Source of the DNA: Gammaproteobacteria bacterium
GTDB lineage: Bacteria; Pseudomonadota; Gammaproteobacteria; UBA4575
Assembly (NCBI GenBank): GCA_965222615.1
Contig: CBDCUI010000007.1
Span: 352,001-416,000 of the forward strand
Direction: 5' to 3'
DNA: 64,000 nucleotides
The first letter of the stretch is position 1, and each line of letters starts with the position of its first letter. The position numbers and the translations under genes are program-made. Shown in pieces: positions 28,737 through 39,225 of this stretch. The notes beneath the pieces were generated by a model. It was given only the letters and a program-made list of their open reading frames with translations, was not told where the DNA came from and made no database searches.

Positions 28737-29888
28737 ATGCATAACATTCCACTTTCGCTATACATACACATTCCTTGGTGTATCAAGAAATGTCCTTATT
28801 GTGACTTTAACTCGCATGAAGCTCGAACTTCTATTCCTGAAGCTAAATACATTGATGCATTAATCGCAGATCTGCAACAACTAGCTGATGAAATTAAAGT
28901 GCGTGAAATTATTAGTATATTTATTGGTGGTGGAACACCTAGCTTGTTTGCGGCTGCGAGCTTTCAACGCTTATTAATCTCCATCAATGACCAGTTAACT
29001 TTAGCTAATAATATTGAAATTACCATCGAAGCCAATCCTGGAACCTATGATCAAAAAAACTTTGCTGGATTTCGTGCGGCAGGAATAAATCGAATTTCCA
29101 TCGGCGTGCAAAGCTTTAATGATGCTCGGTTACGAGATCTAGGTCGTGTACATGATGCCAAAACTGCTATCGATAGCATACGTGCCGCGAAAAGTGCTGG
29201 TTTTGACAACATTAATATTGATCTAATGTATGCGCTTTCGAAGCAAACCATGCAAGAAGCACTTAATGATGTTGAGCAAGCGATTGCCTTCGCCCCTACT
29301 CATATTTCTTATTATCAACTTACTCTGGAGCCTAACACACATTTTTATCGACACCCACCAATCTTACCGAGCAATGACACTAGCTGGAATATGCAACAAC
29401 AAGCGCTGTCCTTGCTTACTCAGCACGGTTACCAACAATATGAGATATCTGCCTATGCAAAGACTGGGAAACAGTGCGTGCATAATCTTAATTATTGGCA
29501 ATATGGTGACTATATTGGTATTGGCGCTGGTGCACATCAAAAACTAAGTTACAAAGATGGCGCCATCCTGCGCAGTGAAAAACCCAAACATCCGCAGCAA
29601 TATATGCGTCATATACGCACGGGAGAGAACAACACCTCAATAGCGATTACAAATCCTGAAGATCTACAGTTCGAATTTCTTTTAAATGCACTACGTGTGA
29701 AACAAGGTTTTAACCGCACTCAATACGAACTACATACGGGACTAAGTTTTGACGCTCTATTATCCAACCTAGAACATTTGCAAGAAGAACAATTGCTATC
29801 AGCTCAAAACGACTTGGTGCGATGCACAGGGCGGGGATATCGATTCCTGGACGATGTACTACAACAACTTATGACAGAACCTGTTTGA
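28737..29888 (+). CDS. hemW: Radical SAM heme chaperone
   Basis: YIHIPWCIKKCPYCDFN, GGGTPS, HNLNYW; follows rdgB. Confidence 0.93.
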   Translation: MHNIPLSLYIHIPWCIKKCPYCDFNSHEARTSIPEAKYIDALIADLQQLADEIKVREIISIFIGGGTPSLFAAASFQRLLISINDQLTLANNIEITIEANPGTYDQKNFAGFRAAGINRISIGVQSFNDARLRDLGRVHDAKTAIDSIRAAKSAGFDNINIDLMYALSKQTMQEALNDVEQAIAFAPTHISYYQLTLEPNTHFYRHPPILPSNDTSWNMQQQALSLLTQHGYQQYEISAYAKTGKQCVHNLNYWQYGDYIGIGAGAHQKLSYKDGAILRSEKPKHPQQYMRHIRTGENNTSIAITNPEDLQFEFLLNALRVKQGFNRTQYELHTGLSFDALLSNLEHLQEEQLLSAQNDLVRCTGRGYRFLDDVLQQLMTEPV

Positions 29889-29891
29889 CTC

Positions 29892-30095
29892 ATGTCTATG
29901 CATGATTGTTTAAACGCCGTACTTATAACCTGTCCCTATTGTGGCGAAAGACTTGAAATCCTGGTCGACTGCAGTGCCGGTAATCAAAATTATATCGAAG
30001 ACTGCCAAATTTGCTGTGCGCCCATCGAAATCGCACTTGAGGTAACCCTATCTGGTGAATACGTGGCCACTCACGTCAAACGTGACATGGATTAG
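29892..30095 (+). CDS. CPXCG-motif cysteine-rich protein
   Basis: CPYCGE...YIEDCQICCAPI. Confidence 0.85.
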   Translation: MSMHDCLNAVLITCPYCGERLEILVDCSAGNQNYIEDCQICCAPIEIALEVTLSGEYVATHVKRDMD

Positions 30096-30314
30096 ATTGG
30101 TTATGCCTTTACATAATATCTTGTGTTTTTCAGTTGGGTTATACACAAGTGTAATAATTTTGAAGAGAAACCATACAATTTCTGACTAAATCTTCGCCAA
30201 TTTCATAGGGCTGCAAATAAATTCAATTAAAACAAGTACTTAAATACTTGTACAGTTTTTAAGCGATTTAACAAAAGTGTCAAATTTCTCGCATTTTGTC
30301 GCTGAGCATTTGAA

Positions 30315-30373
30315 CTATTCACAGTTTTATCCACAGATTTTGTGGATAAGTAGTAAACCGCATCTGTGGACAA
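30315..30373. promoter_or_regulatory. DnaA-box cluster with DARS-like geometry
   Basis: ctattcaca-3nt-ttatccaca-5nt-tgtggataa plus tgtggacaa at 30365; another box ttatacaca at 30139. Confidence 0.7.
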
Positions 30374-30501
30374 TCACTTATAGGACACTAGTCATAAAGC
30401 TTTTAAAGGACAGTGGCTAACTGGGATTGGTGCTGACCTACTTGAGTTGCTAAGCTGGGTTCAGTATGATCCGCGGGCTTTTTAAAGTTGGCCAAAACCA
30501 A

Positions 30502-30711
30502 ATGAAACCAAACATTCATCCTGAATATCAAGACGTAAGCGTCACCTGCAGTTGTGGCAACACCTTCACCACACGCTCGACTTATGGATCCGAATCGATG
30601 CACATCGATGTATGCTCACAATGTCATCCATTCTTCACGGGTAAGCAAAAAATCGTTGATACTGCGGGTCAGGTGGATAAATTCCGCAAGCGCTACGGCA
30701 ATAAACGCTAA
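30502..30711 (+). CDS. rpmE: 50S ribosomal protein L31 (Zn-binding type)
   Basis: [26 protein letters not shown]. Confidence 0.98.
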   Translation: MKPNIHPEYQDVSVTCSCGNTFTTRSTYGSESMHIDVCSQCHPFFTGKQKIVDTAGQVDKFRKRYGNKR

Positions 30712-30722
30712 GCAATAAAAAG

Positions 30723-31508
30723 ATGCTGCGAGCATGCCTCGCTTTTTTTCTGTGCTGCATTACAGCAACATTCAGTGCGTGCATTGCTGCTGAAGACATT
30801 TGTACGCCCACTCGTATCCACGCAAACGCTTTAGTCACCCATGTTTACGATGGCGATACCCTACATTTAAACGATGGGTCCAAGCTACGTTTGATTGGTA
30901 TTAACACACCTGAATTTCATCCAAGCCTTCAACCAGGTGCAGCACAAGCCCGTACACAACTCGACCTATTGCTAAAAGCACATCACTATCGTATCGATAT
31001 TCAATTTGATGCCATTAAAACAGATCGCTATGGGCGAATGCTTGCGCATGTGTTTTTAAAAGACGGCACGAATATCACGGCTTGGTTATTACAACATGGG
31101 CTAGGTCATTGGATTGCAGTAGGAAAGAATTTAACGCACTTATCCTGCTATCGTGAAGCCGAACAATATGCCCGCAAAAAACACCTAAATTTATGGGGAA
31201 GATTACCGAGTAACTTTGTACGGGCAGAAGACTTAAACCCTACGAGCAAGGGTTTTTACGTCATTACTGGTGAGCTTACTCGTGTATTTGAGACCGATTT
31301 ATCCGTTTGGCTTGAACTCACTCCTAGACTGCGTTTACGCTTGGATAAGCGAAATTACGGAAACTTTTCACGTCGCGACTACGTCCAAAAGATAGGTGGC
31401 ACACTTATGACACGTGGATGGGTTTATACTAATCAGGACAAGCTGACAATGAAAGTTAGTCACCCGGATCTTATACAATTCGAACCAACTTTGAGTGATG
31501 GAAATTAA
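30723..31508 (+). CDS. Thermonuclease (SNase) family protein
   Basis: VYDGDT, RLIGINTPE, DRYGRMLAHV. Confidence 0.9.
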   Translation: MLRACLAFFLCCITATFSACIAAEDICTPTRIHANALVTHVYDGDTLHLNDGSKLRLIGINTPEFHPSLQPGAAQARTQLDLLLKAHHYRIDIQFDAIKTDRYGRMLAHVFLKDGTNITAWLLQHGLGHWIAVGKNLTHLSCYREAEQYARKKHLNLWGRLPSNFVRAEDLNPTSKGFYVITGELTRVFETDLSVWLELTPRLRLRLDKRNYGNFSRRDYVQKIGGTLMTRGWVYTNQDKLTMKVSHPDLIQFEPTLSDGN

Positions 31509-31510
31509 AC

Positions 31511-32974
31511 ATGGGCAAACAAATTCAACTACTACTCTTTAGCTTTTTTCTATTAGGTAGCTTCTTCTTTTCTGGCTGCGCGACTAATCCGGTCAGTGGT
31601 AAACAAGATTTTGTACTGATGTCTGAAGCCCAAGAAATCAATCTCGGCAAACAAGCTCACCAACAAGTGATGAAACAGTATCGACCTTACAACGATCCCG
31701 CATTACAAAGTTATGTTGAAGGAATTGTTGAGGAACTAGGTCAACAGAGTCATCGAGATAATCTCATTTATCATGTTACCGTATTAGATAGTCCACAAGT
31801 TAATGCCTTTGCGCTTCCTGGAGGTTACCTATATATCACGCGCGGCATCATGGCCTACATGAACTCCGAGGCAGAACTCGCTGGCGTGTTGGGGCATGAA
31901 ATCGGGCACATCACTGCACGCCATGGTGTACGTCAACAAAGTGCTGGTACGGTCGCCGGACTTTTGGGCGTGGGAGTAGGCATTCTCACTGGTAGTCGAG
32001 AAGCGGCACAAGCTGCCAATATTGGTAGTACTGCTTTAATACGCGGCTATGGTCGCAACCATGAATTAGAGGCGGATCGTCTTGGTGCAGAATACCTCGC
32101 TAATGTTGGCTATGATCCAGAAGAAATGATCAATGTGGTCGAAATCCTCAAAGATCAGGAAGATTTCGATAAACAATTAGCTCAAGAAGAAGGCCGCGAA
32201 CCGCGTGCTTATCATGGTACTTTCTCTACTCACCCGGCCAATGACAAACGTCTACAAGAAGTGGTGCGTGCTGCAAATAAAATTCAAACTGCAGCCACGC
32301 GTGAAGCAAATCGAGAAAAGTTCTTAAAGTATATGGATGGAGCCGTGTTAGGCACTTCTGAACAAGATGGAGTATTGCGCAGGAATAAATTTTATCATAA
32401 TGCTTTAAATTTATATGTTGAGTTCCCACCAGGCTGGAAAGTGCACAACTTGCCTGATCGCTTAATCGCACAGCCCAAGACCGGTGATGCACAATTACAA
32501 ATCACTATCGATGATTTAAATAAACGACAGACGCCTAAACAATATTTAACCGAGCAGTTTAAAGGCCAAATCAGTAAAGGCCAGCCTGTGCATACTGCCA
32601 GCTTTCAAGGCTATACTGGTTATACCGCTCTAAACACAAAAAGTGGGAAAGTGCCTAGTCGCGTCGCTGCTGTTTTTCAAGGCAAACGTATTTACCAAGT
32701 GCTTTTAGCAGGAAAAGATGTTAATGCCTTAAATGCTCATGACGGTGTCGGACTCAATACCATCAAAAGCATGCGTCAACTCAAAAGTAGTGAAGTAAAA
32801 CTTGCCAAACCGAAACATATTAAGCTGATTCGTGCCAGACCAGGTGATACTTTTGCATCCTTAGCTAGAAAATCGGATCTTTCAAATCATCCGGTTGAAC
32901 AGTTGCGTTTACTCAATGGCATGTATCCCGATGGCGAACCCAAACCAGGGCAACTGATTAAAATCGTTCGATAA
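31511..32974 (+). CDS. M48-family metalloprotease lipoprotein
   Basis: Lipobox FSGC, NAFALPGG, GHEIGH, ELEADRLG, STHP; C-terminal LysM-like segment. Confidence 0.9.
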   Translation: MGKQIQLLLFSFFLLGSFFFSGCATNPVSGKQDFVLMSEAQEINLGKQAHQQVMKQYRPYNDPALQSYVEGIVEELGQQSHRDNLIYHVTVLDSPQVNAFALPGGYLYITRGIMAYMNSEAELAGVLGHEIGHITARHGVRQQSAGTVAGLLGVGVGILTGSREAAQAANIGSTALIRGYGRNHELEADRLGAEYLANVGYDPEEMINVVEILKDQEDFDKQLAQEEGREPRAYHGTFSTHPANDKRLQEVVRAANKIQTAATREANREKFLKYMDGAVLGTSEQDGVLRRNKFYHNALNLYVEFPPGWKVHNLPDRLIAQPKTGDAQLQITIDDLNKRQTPKQYLTEQFKGQISKGQPVHTASFQGYTGYTALNTKSGKVPSRVAAVFQGKRIYQVLLAGKDVNALNAHDGVGLNTIKSMRQLKSSEVKLAKPKHIKLIRARPGDTFASLARKSDLSNHPVEQLRLLNGMYPDGEPKPGQLIKIVR

Positions 32975-32993
32975 ATCAGAACTTCCATGACAC

Positions 32994-33026
32994 AAAAGCG
33001 ACTTTCTAGTAAAGTCGCTTTTTTTT
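32994..33026 (+). terminator. Rho-independent terminator
   Basis: aaaagcgacttt-ctagt-aaagtcgctttt followed by a T run. Confidence 0.8.
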
Positions 33027-33041
33027 ATCTCATTAAAAACT

Positions 33042-33932
33042 GTGTCGAATAATGTCTATTTAGTAGATTCCAGTATTTATGTGTTTCGTGCATGGTTCAC
33101 TATACCCGATCATGTCGTGAACAAAGATAACGAGCCTGTCAATGCGGTATATGGTTTTGCCGATTTCGTATTTCAATTTTTACAACAAGCTAAACCTCAA
33201 TATGTAGGTTTTGCATTCGATGAAAGTCTAAGCTCATCGTTTCGCAATGAGTTATATCCTGAATACAAAGCCAATCGCGAACCAGCACCAGAAGAATTAA
33301 AACGACAATTTAAATATTGCCGAGAATTTATCGTAGCACTTGGAATTTGTGAAATTGGCAGCCCGCATTATGAAGCTGATGACTTAATTGGCACACTTGC
33401 TGAACGCATGCGCGGCAAAGGACATAACATAACCATCCTTACCTCGGACAAAGATCTTGCTCAACTAATCAAGGAAGATGACGTGTTTTGGAATTTCGCT
33501 AAAGGCGAGCGACACTCCATTCCGCAAATCAAAAAACAATTTGGGGTATATCCAAACCAAATAGCAGATCAACTCGCAATTGCCGGTGATAGTGTAGACA
33601 ACATTCCTGGTGTACCAGGCATAGGCATGGCCACTGCCGCCAAACTACTAAATAAATTTTCTAGTCTGGATGAGTTATTAAACAACATACATAAAATTAG
33701 CGAAATGAAAATTCGAGGCGCAAAACGCATTCAAGGATTGATTGATAATTACCAAGAAGAACTACTCTTATACAGAAAGCTTACAGGGATTGAATGTGAA
33801 GCCAAGCTATCCGATAGCGTTAAGTTAAAAAGAAAGCAGCCTGACTTTACAATGTTGAATCAGCTATTTGAACAATTGGATTTTGGTAATTTTCGTAAAG
33901 AAAAATGGATGAGATTTTTAAAAACCGCCTAA
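33042..33932 (+). CDS. Stand-alone 5'-3' exonuclease/flap endonuclease
   Basis: LVDSS, YKANR, EADD, SDKD, GDSVDNIPGVPGIG. Confidence 0.9.
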   Translation: MSNNVYLVDSSIYVFRAWFTIPDHVVNKDNEPVNAVYGFADFVFQFLQQAKPQYVGFAFDESLSSSFRNELYPEYKANREPAPEELKRQFKYCREFIVALGICEIGSPHYEADDLIGTLAERMRGKGHNITILTSDKDLAQLIKEDDVFWNFAKGERHSIPQIKKQFGVYPNQIADQLAIAGDSVDNIPGVPGIGMATAAKLLNKFSSLDELLNNIHKISEMKIRGAKRIQGLIDNYQEELLLYRKLTGIECEAKLSDSVKLKRKQPDFTMLNQLFEQLDFGNFRKEKWMRFLKTA

Positions 33933-34490
33933 ATGGCAAAGCTAATTCTATTTAACAAACCTTTTGGTGTACTCAGTCAATTCACGGATAGCCAAAATCA
34001 TGGCGAAAACCGTCGGCAAACTCTGGCAAATTATATCGATATTCCTAATGTTTACGCGGCTGGGCGATTAGACAAAGATAGCGAGGGTTTATTACTGCTT
34101 ACCGATGACGGCAAATTACAACAACGCATTAGTGATCCAAAATTTAAACTCACTAAACACTATTGGGTGCAGGTGGAAGGTAAGCCCGGCAATGAAACCT
34201 TACAAGCATTGCAAACAGGTGTAATACTAAAAGATGCTATGACTCTCCCAGCAGAAGTAAAGCTTATAGATGAACCCAATAATTTATGGGAGCGCAATCC
34301 ACCTATACGGTTTCGAAAGACAGTCTCTACCCAGTGGTTGAAGATCGTCATTCGCGAGGGTCGTAATCGTCAGGTACGTCGCATGACTGCCGCAGTAAAC
34401 TACCCTACACTGCGTTTAATACGTTATCGAATTGGCCAGTGGAAAATAAATGACTTGCTACCAGGTCAACACAAAATTATTCACGTATAA
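33933..34490 (+). CDS. rluE: 23S rRNA pseudouridine synthase E
   Basis: FNKPFGVLSQF, AGRLDKDSEGL, EGRNRQVRRMTA. Confidence 0.9.
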   Translation: MAKLILFNKPFGVLSQFTDSQNHGENRRQTLANYIDIPNVYAAGRLDKDSEGLLLLTDDGKLQQRISDPKFKLTKHYWVQVEGKPGNETLQALQTGVILKDAMTLPAEVKLIDEPNNLWERNPPIRFRKTVSTQWLKIVIREGRNRQVRRMTAAVNYPTLRLIRYRIGQWKINDLLPGQHKIIHV

Positions 34491-34502
34491 ATTGTTACTA
34501 GT

Positions 34503-35375
34503 ATGGATCTGCATGATTTAGAAATTAATCTAAACAAAAACTCAAATCACAATATCAAGGTACGTAACATTACTCCTGTAGCAGGCGGTGATATTTGCAG
34601 CGCTTATGAGATTGAAAGTCAATCGACATTCTATTTTTTGAAAACACATCAACCTCATATGTACGATATGCTGCAATGCGAAGCTACAAACCTTTCGGCT
34701 ATTGCAGAAACTAAAGAAATAAAGACGCCTCAAGTTATTTCCTGCGGGAAAACTACAAGCTATAGTTTTTTATTACTTGAATATCTAGAACTCATCCCTA
34801 CGGGTTCACACGCAGCATTGGGAATTGGATTGGCTAAATTACACCAACATTGTGCAGATTTTTTTGGTTGGCAACAAAATAATTGGATTGGGGCAAGCAC
34901 ACAACCCAATAAAAAAAATGATAACTGGATTTCGTTTTGGCGTGATATGCGTTTAGGACACCAGCTTGAGTTAGCGAAGTCAAATCATGCTCCACATACT
35001 TTAATACAAAACTGTGAAAAATTATTGCATAACTTTGCTTTATTATTTACAAACTATCAACCAAAGCCCAGTTTACTGCATGGTGATTTATGGTCCGGCA
35101 ACTTTGCCTTTATTAAAGAAGGCGTTCCGGTTATTTATGACCCGGCAAGTTATTATGGTGATCATGAAGCAGATTTAGCAATGACTGAATTATTTGGCGG
35201 TTTTGATCAAGATTTTTACAGCGCCTACAATGAGCACTTTGCTATCGATGAGGACTATAGTGTGCGTAAAGATTTTTACAATCTTTATCATATTTTAAAT
35301 CACTTCAATTTGTTCGGCAGCGGCTATGCTGCTCAAGCTGAAAGGCTTTGCCTAAAAGTATTAAGCGAAATTTAA
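34503..35375 (+). CDS. Fructosamine kinase family protein
   Basis: GGDIC, LLHGDLWSGN, DPASYYGDHEADL. Confidence 0.92.
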   Translation: MDLHDLEINLNKNSNHNIKVRNITPVAGGDICSAYEIESQSTFYFLKTHQPHMYDMLQCEATNLSAIAETKEIKTPQVISCGKTTSYSFLLLEYLELIPTGSHAALGIGLAKLHQHCADFFGWQQNNWIGASTQPNKKNDNWISFWRDMRLGHQLELAKSNHAPHTLIQNCEKLLHNFALLFTNYQPKPSLLHGDLWSGNFAFIKEGVPVIYDPASYYGDHEADLAMTELFGGFDQDFYSAYNEHFAIDEDYSVRKDFYNLYHILNHFNLFGSGYAAQAERLCLKVLSEI

Positions 35376-36040
35376 GTTGTCACTTGTTCTACAGGTAATC
35401 CCTCTAATTTCCATTCAGGAAATCCATCTTCCAAACGACGTGCCTTGTAGCCTTTAGAGCGTAATTGCTGAACGGCTTCAAACGCTAAAATACAATGTGG
35501 TCCACGACAATATGCAACGATTTCTTTCTTTCGAGGTAATTTCTTAAGTTCTTTTTTTAATTCTGATAATTGGATGTTGATTGCACGTGGAAGATGACCA
35601 GATTCAAATTCTTGTTCGGGTCGCACATCTAGAACGGTCACGGTTCCTTTGCGTGCGCGCTTAAGTAATTCTTCTCTTGATACGGGCTCTAAATCATCTT
35701 TTGATGATAAAAATTTTGAAGTTAATACCTGAATTTCAGCTAAGTTCTCTTCGGCAATTTTTCGTAGTAATGCCAATAGCGCAACTACAGAATAATCACT
35801 TAAACGGTAATAAGACCTTTGCCCTTCGGCCCTAGACTTGACCAGTCCCGAACGTCGCAAACCCTGTAGGTGCTGAGAGGTATTGGCAACAGTAAGCCCG
35901 GTGACCTTGGCAAGCTCCTCAACACTGCGCTCCCCTTGAGCTAAAAATTCCAGCAATTCCAAGCGGTTACCATTACTGAGTGATTTACCCACCAGGGCAA
36001 AATGGGCAAATAATTCCTTCTTGAATGTATTCGGTAGCAT
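35372..36040 (-). CDS. ArsR/SmtB regulator fused to rhodanese domain
   Basis: RLELLEFLAQGERSVEELA..ANTSQHL; LDVRP..GHLPRA..YCRGPHC. Confidence 0.92.
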   Translation of the reverse strand: MLPNTFKKELFAHFALVGKSLSNGNRLELLEFLAQGERSVEELAKVTGLTVANTSQHLQGLRRSGLVKSRAEGQRSYYRLSDYSVVALLALLRKIAEENLAEIQVLTSKFLSSKDDLEPVSREELLKRARKGTVTVLDVRPEQEFESGHLPRAINIQLSELKKELKKLPRKKEIVAYCRGPHCILAFEAVQQLRSKGYKARRLEDGFPEWKLEGLPVEQVTT

Positions 36041-36052
36041 ACTATATAATAT

Positions 36053-36074
36053 TATTCAATTGATCTATTGAATA
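36053..36074. promoter_or_regulatory. Probable ArsR-type operator palindrome
   Basis: tattcaat-N6-attgaata 12 nt upstream of the regulator start. Confidence 0.6.
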
Positions 36075-36162
36075 TTTTAAAATATTTTGAGCCCGAATAC
36101 AAATCGTTATCAAAACTTGTCACAAAGTTAACAGGGAATAACTCAACTAAGAGCAATTAGCA

Positions 36163-37029
36163 GTGCAGGTAACCGAATTTATTACTCATTATGAAACGGG
36201 CATTCGCCTTGCCTTCTTCTTTGGTATGTTTGGAATTATGGCGGTGTGGGAAATAATTACACCGCGGCGGGCGCTTAGCGTTTCAAAAAGTATACGTTGG
36301 CTAAATAATCTCGGCATTATAGTTCTTAATACTGTAATTTTGCGTTTACTATTTCCAGCGGCCGCTGTGGGTATGGCTGCATTAGCTGAAACTCAGAGTT
36401 GGGGCCTGTTGAATTATTTTCAAATTCCATATTGGATTGCTGTAATTGCTTCGGTAATCATTATGGATGCGGTAATTTATTTCCAACATGTATTAGTACA
36501 TGCAGTCCCTATTTTATGGCGCTTGCATCGAGTACATCATGCCGATCTCGATTTTGATGTGACCACTGGATTACGCTTCCACCCGATTGAAATAATCATT
36601 TCCATGCTGATTAAGTTTGCAACAATCATTCTACTTGGCGCACCGATTATTGCGGTTGTTATTTTTGAAGTGCTGTTAAATGCTACCAGTATGTTCAATC
36701 ATGGAAACGTACGTATCCCTCAAGGTGTAGACCGTCTACTTCGCTGGTTTGTAGTGACACCAGATATGCACCGTGTCCACCACTCGGTTGAAGACGATGA
36801 AACAAATAGTAATTTCGGTTTTAACTTACCGTGGTGGGACCGATTGTTTGGCACTTATCGCGATCAACCTCGTACAGAACACAAACTAATGGCTATCGGT
36901 ATTAACACTTTTCGTGATCGTCAACACTGCACTTGGTTACCCGGTATGTTGGCGTTACCGTTTATAGGAAAAATTACCAACTACACAATTAATCGTCGTC
37001 AGTGGCTTGCTTCCAATAAACAAAACTAA
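36163..37029 (+). CDS. Sterol desaturase/fatty-acid hydroxylase family membrane protein
   Basis: His boxes HVLVH, HRVHH, FNH, HRVHH; SNFG. Confidence 0.9.
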   Translation: MQVTEFITHYETGIRLAFFFGMFGIMAVWEIITPRRALSVSKSIRWLNNLGIIVLNTVILRLLFPAAAVGMAALAETQSWGLLNYFQIPYWIAVIASVIIMDAVIYFQHVLVHAVPILWRLHRVHHADLDFDVTTGLRFHPIEIIISMLIKFATIILLGAPIIAVVIFEVLLNATSMFNHGNVRIPQGVDRLLRWFVVTPDMHRVHHSVEDDETNSNFGFNLPWWDRLFGTYRDQPRTEHKLMAIGINTFRDRQHCTWLPGMLALPFIGKITNYTINRRQWLASNKQN

Positions 37030-37073
37030 ATTTTTTCATGCCAACTAAATAATAAAAATTAAGGAATAAAATT

Positions 37074-37436
37074 ATGGCAAATATATTTATGAAATCTTCA
37101 TGGGGCAGCGATAACCCAACCAATGCTGAAATGGTGTTTGGGCACGGTAACGCCCTAGCGAATGCTGGTCACGAAGTGCGAATATTTCTGCTTGGTGAGG
37201 CAGTAACCCTGGTGCGACCTGCTGTACGCGAAAATCTAATTCCTGTTGGATGGCCTTCTGTAGCAACGCAGTGGAACGAAAGCATTGAACTCGGGGTGCG
37301 GATCGAATGTTGTGGAGCCTGTTCTCGAGCCCGTGGTCTAACCGAACAAAATATTGCAAATGCGGGTGCTTTTATTGGAACTCCTGAATCGTTCGTTGAA
37401 GACATTGAGTGGTCAGATAAAATCATCACTGAATAA
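37074..37436 (+). CDS. DsrE/F-like sulfur-relay protein
   Basis: GHEVRIFLLGEAV...CCGACSRARG. Confidence 0.8.
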   Translation: MANIFMKSSWGSDNPTNAEMVFGHGNALANAGHEVRIFLLGEAVTLVRPAVRENLIPVGWPSVATQWNESIELGVRIECCGACSRARGLTEQNIANAGAFIGTPESFVEDIEWSDKIITE

Positions 37437-37574
37437 ACTGCATCTTTGTCAGTAAGCTGATGAGCAGTCAAGTTATTGCTCACAATATTTATTAGATTTT
37501 AAGCGCAACTCACTAGCGTTAGCTTAAAAGCATATCCGCAATCACTCAACAGTGATCGTTGTATCAACTATTAT

Positions 37575-38003
37575 TCACTGAAAAGCATGCCTTACATCAA
37601 TTAGTAAAGATGTCATTAAAAAAGAACTGCCTTGAATTTGAAAACTTCCATCTTTGATTGGATATTTTTTTTCTAATAAGTCTCGTGTGTTGCTATCGAG
37701 ATCATCTAAATCTACTACCTTCATGCTCCAATCGATAAACTCAGGTTTTATAATATCTTTATAATCAATCAACTCAACATCATGGTGTCGATCATCCTGA
37801 ATAATTTTGGAGTAGATTCGATTAACAAACTTTGGAATACCCTCTAGAACTTGAAGAAATCGACCATCTGATACAATTAACAACCCGCATATACCGTAGC
37901 GTCTATTATTGTTTGCTGATTGATTTTCTAAATATGCAAGGGAATCAGAATTTAGTACTTTAGCTTCTGCGATGCTTCGGTAAATTAAACGACATGGGTT
38001 CAT
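37575..38003 (-). CDS. BLUF-domain blue-light sensor
   Basis: LIYRS, NN, GLL, FLQVLEG, DDRH, WSM conserved BLUF residues. Confidence 0.92.
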   Translation of the reverse strand: MNPCRLIYRSIAEAKVLNSDSLAYLENQSANNNRRYGICGLLIVSDGRFLQVLEGIPKFVNRIYSKIIQDDRHHDVELIDYKDIIKPEFIDWSMKVVDLDDLDSNTRDLLEKKYPIKDGSFQIQGSSFLMTSLLIDVRHAFQ

Positions 38004-38121
38004 AAAAAGATCCAACCATAATTTTACTCATTTTCTCATGATTTATATCAATTTTAAATGACAATTTGATTGTGATTTTATTGATTAGAATAAGTATAAA
38101 CCATAGCTTATGAACATCCTT

Positions 38122-39225
38122 TCACTGCTTAGCTCCTAGATCTATTGCGCGCTTTTTAATTGCTTCTTTGTCACTTAAGTCCTTAGTTTCTACAGAGCTT
38201 TCCGGCCAGCCTTGTATGTGCTGCAATATAATATTTGCTAGGGCTTCGATGTGCGCCGGTTCGACATTTAATGCAGGAATATAGTTAAACGATTCACCAC
38301 CACTTTGTAAGAAGACATCACGGTTTTCTATACTTATTTCTTCAAGCGTCTCTATGCAGTCCGCTGAAAAACCGGGACAAAATACATCTATGGACTTAAT
38401 GCCTTCACTGGGCAGTTTTGCCATAGTTTTAATGGTGTAGGGCTGCAACCATTCTGCTTTACCAAAGCGTGACTGAAAAGTAAGTTGCCACTCTTCATTT
38501 TTTAAGTTTAATTTTTTTGCAATCAATCGTGCGGTTTGATGGCATTCACAATGATATGGGTCTCCTTGCAATAAGTTTCGTTTTGGCAAACCATGAAAAG
38601 AAAAAATTAATCTTTGGCTACGTTCGTGTTGCTGCCAATGGTTTTGTATTTGCATTGCACAAGCATTGATATAGCCTTCATCTGCACCATAATTATTTAT
38701 CATACGCAACTCAGGCGTCCAACGCTGTTGCATGAGTTCTTTAGCCACTGCATCAAACGTTGAAGCCGTGGTACTTGCAGAATATTGTGGATACAGTGGT
38801 AGCACTAGTATCCGTCTCGCATTAACTTTTTTCAGTCTATTTAGTCCTGACTGGATTGAAGGCTTGCCATAACGCATTGCTAACTCTACTTGTATAGGTC
38901 CTGGAACTACTTTATCTAAGGCTAGTTGCAATGCAGCTCGCTGCTGCTTACTGATGACTAATAAAGGTGATCCTTGTTCAGTCCAAATCTTTTTATAGTC
39001 TTCTGCTTTCTTACTAGGCCGTGTTCGTAAAACAATTCCATGTAGAATCAACCACCATAATGGTCTTGGAATTTCAACAACTCGTGGATCCCATAAAAAC
39101 TCAGCTAAATATTTTCTTATCGCTTGAGTGCTGGCTTCCTCAGGTGTACCTAGATTGGTAATTAGCACGCCAAGACAGGTATCACTAGCATGGATATAAT
39201 CTGATTGGCCCTGAAATTTAGGCAT
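38122..39225 (-). CDS. hemH: Ferrochelatase
   Basis: NLGTP, AMRYG, PLYPQYS, FSFHG, FQSRFG, DCIETLEE. Confidence 0.97.
   Translation of the reverse strand: MPKFQGQSDYIHASDTCLGVLITNLGTPEEASTQAIRKYLAEFLWDPRVVEIPRPLWWLILHGIVLRTRPSKKAEDYKKIWTEQGSPLLVISKQQRAALQLALDKVVPGPIQVELAMRYGKPSIQSGLNRLKKVNARRILVLPLYPQYSASTTASTFDAVAKELMQQRWTPELRMINNYGADEGYINACAMQIQNHWQQHERSQRLIFSFHGLPKRNLLQGDPYHCECHQTARLIAKKLNLKNEEWQLTFQSRFGKAEWLQPYTIKTMAKLPSEGIKSIDVFCPGFSADCIETLEEISIENRDVFLQSGGESFNYIPALNVEPAHIEALANIILQHIQGWPESSVETKDLSDKEAIKKRAIDLGAKQ

Noticed and set aside
30096-30501. Chromosomal oriC
   Set aside because: Few boxes, no obvious 13-mer unwinding repeats, no dnaA/gidA neighbours; the geometry fits DARS better. 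GC skew could not be computed.
30466-30501. N-terminal extension of L31 in the ORF track
   Set aside because: The conserved MKPNIHP start is at 30502.
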